Source: Candidatus Multivoradales bacterium
Lineage (GTDB): Bacteria > Acidobacteriota > Thermoanaerobaculia > Multivoradales > Multivoraceae
NCBI GenBank assembly: GCA_965223325.1
Contig: CBDCWI010000001.1
Location: forward strand, 192,001-256,000
Reading direction: 5' to 3'
Length of the DNA: 64,000 nt
The notes beneath the pieces were generated by a model. It ran no database searches and was not told the origin of the DNA. It saw only the letters and a program-made list of their open reading frames with translations. This document shows, piece by piece, positions 40,226 through 48,591 of the stretch (position 1 is the stretch's first letter; each line of letters begins with the position of its first letter). A program made the translations under genes and the position numbers.

Positions 40226-41221
40226 CTACGGACGCGAAGGTGACGCGCTCGACGGCGAATCACCATCGATCAGGGTGAGCCCCGTTGCGGTCAGACCAGA
40301 GGCGACCGGCAGCAGAAAGTTCTTCTTCTTCCACCAGGCGATCAGGCAAGCACGGCAGACTTCGTCACCACGGAAGAAACCCTTCGCGTCGACGCGAGTG
40401 ACGATGCCCTCGCACTTCCAATGGAAGATCTCCTCGGAGACCTGCCAAGGGGCAGTCTCGCCAACCGACAGATTCTCCGCCAGACCACGCTGGGTCTGAT
40501 CGAGTTCGTGGTCGCACCGATCGCGGACCTCGGTCACGTAGATATCGGTCACCGAAACCACCTGCCCGAAGGAGTCGTGAACGGCCGCCCAGTACTCGGT
40601 GGGTTCGTACTTCTGCGCCTCGAGGAAGTCCTGCAGCTCACGGTTGGTGAGTTGGTCCATCCAGTGGCGCTGCTGCAGTCGACCCTGGCCGGCACGTTGC
40701 TCGATCTTCTTCTGTTCGAGGTCACCGTTGGGGTTGCGGTCGTCGCTGAACTCTTTCGCGCGCCACCAGAGAGCGCGACGAAAGGGATCAGGGTCTTCCG
40801 TGTCTTCCACCCTTCGCGGTTTGAGGCCGTCGACATCGTTCTGCTCGAGATCGAGCTCGTGCTTGGCGAGCTCGGCATCCGTGGGCTGTGGCAGCACTCC
40901 CCAATAGCTGCCGGCGCCTTCGGGGTGAAGTTGCACCCAGTAGAAGTCTTCGACGATGTCGTTGAGCCGCCGAAAGTAGAAACGAACGTGGCTGCCCGGA
41001 ATATCGCTCTCGACATAGGCCCCGATCGGACCATTGGCACCGGGCTTGAGACACGTTACGGGGCTGACGCTGATCGACGTTCCACCGGTCGTCAGGTCCT
41101 CGGCGCCTGCCGCGGTAGCTGCTACGGGGAGAACCAGAAGCACCGCGACCGCGCACACTCGCAAGATCGATTCGGGAAGGCGCAAACGTGGTCTCGATGG
41201 CAAAGGTATGTTTGGGCGCAT
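40226..41221 (-). CDS. Hypothetical secreted protein
   Basis: Signal peptide (VLLVLPVAATAAGA), protein-like composition, several Cys, C-terminal hydrophobic tail; AT-rich promoter-like region at about 41295-41345. Confidence 0.75.
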   Translation of the reverse strand: MRPNIPLPSRPRLRLPESILRVCAVAVLLVLPVAATAAGAEDLTTGGTSISVSPVTCLKPGANGPIGAYVESDIPGSHVRFYFRRLNDIVEDFYWVQLHPEGAGSYWGVLPQPTDAELAKHELDLEQNDVDGLKPRRVEDTEDPDPFRRALWWRAKEFSDDRNPNGDLEQKKIEQRAGQGRLQQRHWMDQLTNRELQDFLEAQKYEPTEYWAAVHDSFGQVVSVTDIYVTEVRDRCDHELDQTQRGLAENLSVGETAPWQVSEEIFHWKCEGIVTRVDAKGFFRGDEVCRACLIAWWKKKNFLLPVASGLTATGLTLIDGDSPSSASPSRP

Positions 41222-41412
41222 GGTCTGTGGGGATTCAGGGGAGTGATAGAGGAAGGGCAGGGTCCCAGGCCCGGGCCGGTCCCTGCGCGTCAGAACGATT
41301 ATTATATATCTAAACCAGGAAAACAAGTAAAAGTAGGTTCTCGGCATAAAACTGGGCAATTCGCCAGCCGCTCCCCTCTCTGGGGGGTCCCGACCGCCGC
41401 AAACGCCCCATT

Positions 41413-42084
41413 CTAGGCCACTTCCCAGCTCTCCCCCGGTGCCAGCCGCTTGACCTCGACTCCTTCGGGCGCGAAATCATCGAGATCTACCTCGAGCGCT
41501 GGCCACGTCCCATGATGAATCGGAATCGCGACCGGTGCACCGATCCACTCGGCCGCCCGGGTGGCCAGCTCCGGGCCCATGGTGAAGCGGTCTCCCACCG
41601 GCACCAGGGCGACGTCTGGCTGGTAGATCTCGCCCAGCATCTTCATGTCGCTGAAGAGTCCGGTGTCGCCGCAGTGGTAGATCGTCTTGCCGCCAATGTG
41701 GACCATCAGGCCGCATGGCTGCCCCATGTAGACGCCCTCGAAGGACGAGGAGTGAAAGGCCTGCGTGAAAGCCACCCAGCCGAAGTCGGTGGCAACCTTG
41801 CCCCCGGGGTTACCGGGACTGCCCTTGGCGTGACCCTGACCTGTGAACCACTCAACCAACTCGTAGGCCGCAACGACCGTCGCATCACAACGCTTGGCAA
41901 TCGCCACGCTGTCACCGACATGGTCTTGATGGCCGTGGGTGAGGGCGAGCCACTGGCAATCGATGTCGTCAGGCGAATGCTTGGCGACCGGGTTGCCGGT
42001 CAGGAAGGGATCGACGGCAAGGCTGTGGTGGCCGTCGCTGAAGAGAAAACCAGAGTGACCGAGAAAGGTGATCTGAACGGACAT
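41413..42084 (-). CDS. Metal-dependent hydrolase, MBL fold (UPF0173)
   Basis: ITFLGHSG, VDPFLTGNP, THGHQDH, YHCGDT, PVGDRFTMG, IPIHHGTW; RBS gaggag. Confidence 0.92.
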   Translation of the reverse strand: MSVQITFLGHSGFLFSDGHHSLAVDPFLTGNPVAKHSPDDIDCQWLALTHGHQDHVGDSVAIAKRCDATVVAAYELVEWFTGQGHAKGSPGNPGGKVATDFGWVAFTQAFHSSSFEGVYMGQPCGLMVHIGGKTIYHCGDTGLFSDMKMLGEIYQPDVALVPVGDRFTMGPELATRAAEWIGAPVAIPIHHGTWPALEVDLDDFAPEGVEVKRLAPGESWEVA

Positions 42085-42136
42085 CGAAACGCTCCTCTCG
42101 TGGCAGTCGTGCCACCGGCAGGTTGAAGGGACGGTC

Positions 42137-43615
42137 TCAGTAACGGGGAACGGAAGGGTCGACCTGGACACTCCAGGCATCGATTCCACCCTCGAGGTTG
42201 TAGGTGCGAGCGAAGCCGGCTTCGCGCAGCAGATGCACGGCGCGCGTCGAGCGTGGCCCCTTGTGACAATGCACAACGATGCGAACGCTGGCATCGAGTT
42301 CATCGAGCCGTTCTTCGAGCTCAGCGATAGGAATCGACACAGCCCCTTCGATCCTGCAGATCTGACGTTCCTCCGCGGTGCGCACATCGACGAGCGTCAG
42401 GTCCACTTCGTGGTCACCCAGCCAGCGCTCGAGCTCTGCCACCGTAACGTTCAGGTCGGGCTCGGTCTCTTCGGTCGCACCAGGCCTCGGCACACCACAG
42501 AACTCGTGGTAATCGATCAACTCCTTGATGGTGGGCTCGGGAGAACAGATCGGGCAGTCCGGGTTCTTGCGTAGCGCAAGCTCCCTGAAACGTAGCCTGA
42601 GGGCGTCGACCAACAACAACCGACCGATCATCGGCTCGCCTTCGCCGACGAGCAGCTTGATCACCTCGTTGGCCTGCAGACAGCCAACGATCCCGGGAAG
42701 CACACCCAGAACGCCGCCTTCGGCGCACGAGGGAACGAGGCCGGGTGGCGGTGGTTCGGGAAACAGGCAGCGGTAGCAAGGCCCCTCGGCTCCCCAGAAC
42801 ACCGATACCTGACCTTCGAACCGGAAGATCGATCCGTACACATTGGGTCGCCCGGTGAGTACGCACAGGTCGTTGACCAGGTAGCGGGTTGGAAAGTTGT
42901 CGGTTCCATCGACGATCAGGTCATAGCCGTCGGCGATCTCGAGGGCGTTCGTCGAGTCGAGTCGCGCGTCGTGGCAGACCAGATCGACGTGCGGGTTGAC
43001 CTCGGCGAGACGCTCGGCGGCTGCCTCGAGCTTTGGCCTGCCAATATCCCCCTGGCCGTAGAGCAACTGGCGATGGAGATTCGAGGCGTCAACGACATCG
43101 AAGTCGACCATGCCAAGCGTGCCAACCCCGGCTGCCGCCAGGTACATGCCAATCGGCGAACCCAGGCCACCGGTGCCGACCATCAGCACCCGCGCGGCTT
43201 TGAGACGTTGCTGACCGCCGGTGCCGATCTCGGGCAGGATCAGGTGACGGCTGTAGCGCAGGATCTCATCACTCGTGAGTTCTGGGAGATCACTGCCAGC
43301 CAGCACGTCGCGATGCGCTCTTGGCTCCCCCGCTCCCCCGACGATGGCCGGCACGATGGCCAGTTCGACGTGGTCTTCTGCCAACCGCTGGTCGAGGTCG
43401 AGAACCCGGCGGCCGCCCGCGAAGATCTGCACCGTCGAACGCAGCACACCACTCGAATCGAAAAGATGAGACGAGAGCCGGTTGAAACGGCAAGCGAGTT
43501 GATCGATCGCTGCACGGACTGTTGCGCCTGGAACTGTTGCGCCAGCAACGACGACGACTGGCTGCCCCCCGACGAAGCGCCGCAGCGCGCTGGGAATCTG
43601 AATCGTGACTGGCAT
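42137..43615 (-). CDS. moeB: ThiS/MoaD-like ubiquitin-like domain fused to MoeB/E1 adenylyltransferase and rhodanese (MoeZ-like)
   Basis: aa1-94 beta-grasp-like, ending VPAIVGG; RYSRH, GTGGLG, SNLHRQ, CYRC, SCAEGG, CPIC; rhodanese DVR...HCHKGPRS. Confidence 0.92.
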   Translation of the reverse strand: MPVTIQIPSALRRFVGGQPVVVVAGATVPGATVRAAIDQLACRFNRLSSHLFDSSGVLRSTVQIFAGGRRVLDLDQRLAEDHVELAIVPAIVGGAGEPRAHRDVLAGSDLPELTSDEILRYSRHLILPEIGTGGQQRLKAARVLMVGTGGLGSPIGMYLAAAGVGTLGMVDFDVVDASNLHRQLLYGQGDIGRPKLEAAAERLAEVNPHVDLVCHDARLDSTNALEIADGYDLIVDGTDNFPTRYLVNDLCVLTGRPNVYGSIFRFEGQVSVFWGAEGPCYRCLFPEPPPPGLVPSCAEGGVLGVLPGIVGCLQANEVIKLLVGEGEPMIGRLLLVDALRLRFRELALRKNPDCPICSPEPTIKELIDYHEFCGVPRPGATEETEPDLNVTVAELERWLGDHEVDLTLVDVRTAEERQICRIEGAVSIPIAELEERLDELDASVRIVVHCHKGPRSTRAVHLLREAGFARTYNLEGGIDAWSVQVDPSVPRY

Positions 43616-43652
43616 TGGAGCTCGCAGCGTTACCTCGTTGCTTTCGGGTCCC

Positions 43653-44123
43653 TCAGCCTACGCGAATCTGCTCTTCATCGAAACGTGAGCGATCAGAGGC
43701 AAGACGCCAACTGCGCTGGGCGGTCGGTCGCCCATCGCGAACCGAGACGATGACGTAGCTCTGCTCGGGCCAGGCATGCTCACGATCAAAGTCACTCGGA
43801 AGCGCGGGATGGTCGGGGTGCGAGTGGTAGTAGCCGACGATCTCGAGCCCGCGCGCGCGGGCATCCTTGGATGCTTCGAGGATCTTTTGCGGTGCAATGG
43901 CATACCGCTCGTGCCTGGCTTCCCCCTCGCGCTCGTTGTCGGCCGGCAAGACATCCCGGATCTCGGTTTCGAAGCAGCCACTTTCAGGCTCGCCGCTCGT
44001 CGTGCCCACCAACACCCCGCAACACTCCTCGGGATAGGTCGAAGCGGCATGGCGACGCATCACGGCCAAGAGGCCCTGGGAAACCCGCAACACCAAACGA
44101 ACGCTTTCTCGTGCTTCTTCCAT
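43653..44123 (-). CDS. JAB/JAMM (M67) metalloprotease, Mec/CysO-peptidase-like
   Basis: YPEECCGVLVG and YHSHPDHPALPSDFD (E...HxH-x7-S-x2-D). Confidence 0.93.
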   Translation of the reverse strand: MEEARESVRLVLRVSQGLLAVMRRHAASTYPEECCGVLVGTTSGEPESGCFETEIRDVLPADNEREGEARHERYAIAPQKILEASKDARARGLEIVGYYHSHPDHPALPSDFDREHAWPEQSYVIVSVRDGRPTAQRSWRLASDRSRFDEEQIRVG

Positions 44124-45608
44124 CTACGCACCGCGGCCACTCAGCCGCGCCTGGCGCCGGAGACGCTCGAAGGTCTGCGGCGCGATGACTCTTAGAAGGA
44201 TCGTGTACGAAAGGACCCCCAGGGCAACGCCGACGAAGAGACGTAGCAGGTGGCTCTGGTCTCTGACCAACGGCAGGTAGTCGAGCAGGAGGCGCACGAG
44301 AATCGCCATCGCCAGCGAGGCAAAGAGTGGCGCAACGAGAGGACCGAGCTGCTGGCGGATGCTGAGCCCGAGAATGTTGCGGATCCCCAACAGCTTGCAC
44401 ACCAGGAGAACGGCCGCACTGCAGAGCACCGCACAGGCGACCCCTTCGATGCCGTAGCGCGTGCCCCACCAGGACCCGACAACGACCGTCACCACGAAGA
44501 TCGCCTGTGGCACCACCTCCCACCGGAGCGCGCCGCTGGCTTCGATGGCTGCGACCGACATGCGCTGCAACACCAGGCAAGCCACGGCGATCGCCAGAAT
44601 GCGAAGTGACGGCACGCTGGGCTCCCACTTGGCGTCGAACAAGCCGACGACAAACTCTTCGCCGACCGCCATGAGACCAAGGCATGCGGGCAGCGTCACT
44701 GCTGCCACCACCATCTGCGCGCTCAGGTACCAACGCCGGAACTCTGCCAGGTCGTCCTTGACGCGACAGAAGGCGGGAAAGAACGCTTCGTGGAAGACCG
44801 GCGCCAGACGTTGGTCTGCCATCGCCGCGTAGTTGTACGACCGCGAGTAGAAGCCGGTTGCGGTCTCACCGAGGAGGCGGGCAACGAAGAAGGTGTCGGC
44901 GTTGCGACAGAGATACAAGAGAACGTTCTTGACCGCGATGGTCGAGCCGAAGCGCAGGAGCCCGCCGGCGGCTTGACGTGAAGCCGCTAAGCCAGGCGCG
45001 TACCCGGCCAGGAAGTACGACAGGACCATGCCGGTTGCACTTCCGGCCACCGGCCCCCACACCAGGCTCCACACCCCGAAACCCAGAACGGCCAGAGTGA
45101 TCGAAACGACCGCCAGGACGACCGAGGACACCACGTCATAGAGCGCCAAGCGGCGAAAGTGCAGTCTTCGCCGCAGGAGGGCGGTCGGCACCGCCACCAG
45201 TCCTGCGATCAGAAACTGGAGCGACAGCACCGGCATGATGCTCCCGAGCTGCGGCATCTTGAAAGCGACGGCGAGAGCGGGCGAGAGGGCGACGAAGACG
45301 ACGGTCAAGATGCCGGCCGTTCCGGTCGCGATCCACCAGGCTGTATCGCGCTCTTCCTTTTCCATGCGCTCGGCCTGTACCACGGCGACGCCGACCCCGA
45401 GAGTGCCCACCACCCAGGTGATCTGCAAGAACGCCATGGCAACCGCCGCGACCCCGAAATCGCTGGGCGCCAGGAGGCGCATGAGCGCCAGACTGGTACC
45501 GAAGTCGAGAACCTGGCGAACGAGGCGCGCGCCACCACCGAAGGCAATGCCCGAACGCACGCCAACCGCGAGCGCCTCGCCTCTCGGCTCGACCTCGCTA
45601 CCCGGCAC
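44124..45608 (-). CDS. Polysaccharide flippase (Wzx/PST family)
   Basis: RLLAPSDFG, GVWSLVWG, GFYSRSY; about 12-14 TM segments. Confidence 0.88.
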   Translation of the reverse strand: MPGSEVEPRGEALAVGVRSGIAFGGGARLVRQVLDFGTSLALMRLLAPSDFGVAAVAMAFLQITWVVGTLGVGVAVVQAERMEKEERDTAWWIATGTAGILTVVFVALSPALAVAFKMPQLGSIMPVLSLQFLIAGLVAVPTALLRRRLHFRRLALYDVVSSVVLAVVSITLAVLGFGVWSLVWGPVAGSATGMVLSYFLAGYAPGLAASRQAAGGLLRFGSTIAVKNVLLYLCRNADTFFVARLLGETATGFYSRSYNYAAMADQRLAPVFHEAFFPAFCRVKDDLAEFRRWYLSAQMVVAAVTLPACLGLMAVGEEFVVGLFDAKWEPSVPSLRILAIAVACLVLQRMSVAAIEASGALRWEVVPQAIFVVTVVVGSWWGTRYGIEGVACAVLCSAAVLLVCKLLGIRNILGLSIRQQLGPLVAPLFASLAMAILVRLLLDYLPLVRDQSHLLRLFVGVALGVLSYTILLRVIAPQTFERLRRQARLSGRGA

Positions 45609-45720
45609 GTCGCGACTCCGCCGAGGCCGCCTTTACGGGAACCTCCACCGGCACGACATGCGGCCGGCGACGCGGATCGCCCGTCTCAGGCATCGACGCG
45701 CCTCCGGTTGACAGAGCGAT

Positions 45721-45960
45721 CTAGGTCACGTCGCGCAGGGTGAGCCCCTGGTCACGCAGATAGGCCATCAGACCCTTCTTGTCGATGGTGCGCAGGGCAC
45801 GGGCCGACAGCTTGAGGCGCACGGTTCGGCCGAGCTCGGGCACGAAGATGCGCTTGCGCTGAATGTTGGGGCGCTGCCACTTGTTGGTGACGTTGTGGGC
45901 GTGCGAAACGTTGTGACCGCTCAGGGGCTTCTTCCCGGAGAGCTTGCAAATCCTGGGCAT
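45721..45960 (-). CDS. rpmB: 50S ribosomal protein L28 (no Zn ribbon)
   Basis: MPRICKLSGK, GHNVSHAHN, PNIQ, LKLSARALRTIDKKG; RBS gagatagga. Confidence 0.97.
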   Translation of the reverse strand: MPRICKLSGKKPLSGHNVSHAHNVTNKWQRPNIQRKRIFVPELGRTVRLKLSARALRTIDKKGLMAYLRDQGLTLRDVT

Positions 45961-46263
45961 TCCTATCTCCCGAAGGGCGCCACGAACTCGGAGCCCTCGT
46001 GTCTATCCGCTTTTTCAGGTTCCACAGAGGAGGCCGACTCAGCCGGACAACACACTCTCCTCGGAACGCTGCGGTGGACGTTATCAAAGAGGTCCGAGGG
46101 GTGGAAGCACCGCTTCCTCACCGCGTTCGAGTCCGAACAGCCGCCGGCCCGGAAACGTAGGGCCTGAGAACGATCGCCGCCGGCCTGATCGGTGACATCA
46201 TCGAGATCAGGGTCCTCCTCGGCGGATTCCAGGCAGAGTCCTTCCCCTACAGTCCTCAGGTAG

Positions 46264-46899
46264 ATGACCGACAATCCACAGGCCAACGGCACCGATCTTT
46301 CCCAGGCTTCCGAGCGTCGAGCCCGAGAGCGCGGCGTCGCGGCGCCAAACGATGATTCCCAAGGGCTCACGGCAGGACCCACCGCCGAAGACGAGTGGCT
46401 CGGGGGTGAGTCCCGGGACGCCTTCCTGCCGCTTCCCCGTGCAGCCCTCCATGCGGGACTGGTTGGCGGATCGATCACCGGTGCGATTCTCAGCGTGGTG
46501 TTTCTGGTCGGCGCGGGCATGCTCTTCTGGCGCCTCGACGACCACCGGCCGCTGGTCCTTCTAGGGCTCGCGATTGCCTTCCTGTTCGTTCTCTGGACGT
46601 CGTTTGGCTCACCGTTCCTGCGCTGGCGAACGACCCGGTACCTGGCAACCGACGAAGGGCTCGAAATCCGCCGCGGCTGGCTATGGAAGCGCTGGGAGCT
46701 GGTACCTGCCTCGCGCATTCAGCACAGCGATGTCACGCGCGGCCCCATCGAGCGCCTCTTCGGCCTTTCGACCCTGGTGGTCTACACCGCCGGCACGCAC
46801 AACGCCTCGACCCGCCTGAGCGGTCTCGTCGACGAAGAGGCGCACGCCTTGCGCGAGCGCTTGACCCACCAGGACAGGAACACCGACGACGGTGTCTGA
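46264..46899 (+). CDS. YdbS-like bacterial PH-domain membrane protein
   Basis: Two TM helices, then RIQHSDVTRGPIERLFGLSTLVVYTAG. Confidence 0.88.
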   Translation: MTDNPQANGTDLSQASERRARERGVAAPNDDSQGLTAGPTAEDEWLGGESRDAFLPLPRAALHAGLVGGSITGAILSVVFLVGAGMLFWRLDDHRPLVLLGLAIAFLFVLWTSFGSPFLRWRTTRYLATDEGLEIRRGWLWKRWELVPASRIQHSDVTRGPIERLFGLSTLVVYTAGTHNASTRLSGLVDEEAHALRERLTHQDRNTDDGV

Positions 46900-48499
46900 A
46901 GACCCACCTGCCGCAGCCGGACAAGGACGGGCCGAAGCTGAACTGGCGGAAGCTGGCCCGGCCGAAGCTGGGCTGGCCGATGAAGGGGCATGGCTCCGCC
47001 TCCATCCCCTCTCGTGGCTGGTCGGCATTGCCGGACGCGTGCGGGCGGTCATCTTCGGCGTCCTGGCACTCGGTTTCGCTGGCCGCACCGGAATGGTGAT
47101 TGCCGTGGTGGCGCTCGCCAGCGCGGCGGTCGCACCGCTCTTGCGCCAGCTCACGTTCCGCTACCGCCTGACCGACGAAGGACTGCTGGTCAAGGAAGGT
47201 CTTCTGCAGCGCACCCAGCGACGCATCCCCTGGGATCGCATCCAGAACGTCGACACCGTGCGCTCGCCGGTGCACCGCCTGTTCAAGGTCACCGTGGCGC
47301 GCATCGAAACCGGCTCGGGCGGAAAACCCGAGGCGGTGCTCGACGCCCTATCGCCAGGCGCGGCCGACGAGCTGCGCCAGCGAGCCGCGAGTGAGCAGGC
47401 GCTTCCCGATCATGCCGCAGACGACGACGCCAGCGACGCCGTCGCTGCTCCTGCCTGGCACACCGTGCTCACCCTCTCGGCCGCCGAGCTGGCGCGCCTC
47501 GGGGTGATTTCGAACCGCGGAGTGGTCGTCATCGGTGCAGCGCTTGCCTTCGCGGTGGAATACCTCGACTTCTTCGACCTGGAAGACCTGGCACGCCGAG
47601 TTCCCGATTGGATTGCTGGTTTCGATCCGCAGCAATTGAAGGTCGACGGAGAACCCATGCTGGTCGCGGCAGTGTCGGTGGTGGTGGCCCTGGCGGCGGC
47701 CGTCATCGCTCTCACTCTCCTCTACACGCTCTCGATCGCCGTCAACATGGTGCGCTTCTGGGGCTTTCGACTCGCCCAGCGCGGCGGCGACCTGCGCACC
47801 GAGTTCGGCCTGTTGACGCGCATCAGCGTGACCACGCCGAGGCGGCGCATCCAACGCCTCACCAGCCACGCCACGCCGCTTCACCGCATCTTCGGACGGG
47901 TGACGATTCGCGTCGACAGCGCCGGCGGCGGCGGGCCAGGCGGCGACGACCAGGGCGTTTCGAGGAATCGTCGCTGGCTCGCACCGCTTGCGCCCATCAA
48001 GCGCCACCGCGAGTTGATTGGCACCGCTCTCCCCGAGATCGATTTCGACAGCGTGGAGTGGCGTCCCATTCAATGGCTGGCATGGCGGCGTCTCGCCATC
48101 CGCTGGATCTTGCTGATTGCACTCGTCGCCAGCCTGCTGGCGATCTTCCGTGGCCCCGTCCACCTCGCCTGGCTGCTCCTCATCCCGGTGGTCGTTCAGG
48201 CTGCACGTCGCTGGGTCCGGTTTCGCCACTGGGGTCTGACCGACAACGCCATCTGGTTCAAACGCGGCGCATGGTGGCGAACCTGGACGGTCGTGCGGTT
48301 GTCCAAGGTCCAGTCGGTTCGCGTTCGGCAGAGCGTCTTCGACCGGCGCCGGGCGATGGCACACCTCGAAGTCGACGCTGCCGGCACTGGCGGCCTCTCT
48401 TTCGCCCTCGAGATCCCGTTTCTGCACGAGAACGAAGCGTCCGGCCTGGCGCGCCACCTGAACCGCGAGGCCAGCCGGCACGCCCTGCAGTGGGGGTAG
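46892..48499 (+). CDS. YdbT-like membrane protein with three bPH_2 domains
   Basis: WLRLHPLS; repeats RIQNVD, RIQRLT, KVQSVR; overlaps ydbS. Confidence 0.88.
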   Translation: MSEDPPAAAGQGRAEAELAEAGPAEAGLADEGAWLRLHPLSWLVGIAGRVRAVIFGVLALGFAGRTGMVIAVVALASAAVAPLLRQLTFRYRLTDEGLLVKEGLLQRTQRRIPWDRIQNVDTVRSPVHRLFKVTVARIETGSGGKPEAVLDALSPGAADELRQRAASEQALPDHAADDDASDAVAAPAWHTVLTLSAAELARLGVISNRGVVVIGAALAFAVEYLDFFDLEDLARRVPDWIAGFDPQQLKVDGEPMLVAAVSVVVALAAAVIALTLLYTLSIAVNMVRFWGFRLAQRGGDLRTEFGLLTRISVTTPRRRIQRLTSHATPLHRIFGRVTIRVDSAGGGGPGGDDQGVSRNRRWLAPLAPIKRHRELIGTALPEIDFDSVEWRPIQWLAWRRLAIRWILLIALVASLLAIFRGPVHLAWLLLIPVVVQAARRWVRFRHWGLTDNAIWFKRGAWWRTWTVVRLSKVQSVRVRQSVFDRRRAMAHLEVDAAGTGGLSFALEIPFLHENEASGLARHLNREASRHALQWG

Positions 48500-48591
48500 C
48501 GAGCCGACGCGCCGAACGGGGCGGGGACGACTGCTGGGACGACTCCCGGCCGAGACGGCTATGATGCGCGTCTATCCCGTAGGAGCTCGAG

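Noticed and set aside
42137-44123. Anti-phage ubiquitin-like system (CBASS Cap2/Cap3, Bil)
   Set aside because: No E2, CD-NTase or effector; the E1 is a canonical MoeB with rhodanese, which points to sulfur-relay type chemistry.
46088-46112. SRP RNA helix-8 resemblance (AGGTCC...GGAAGCA)
   Set aside because: 7-nt loop instead of a GNRA tetraloop and no long flanking helix.
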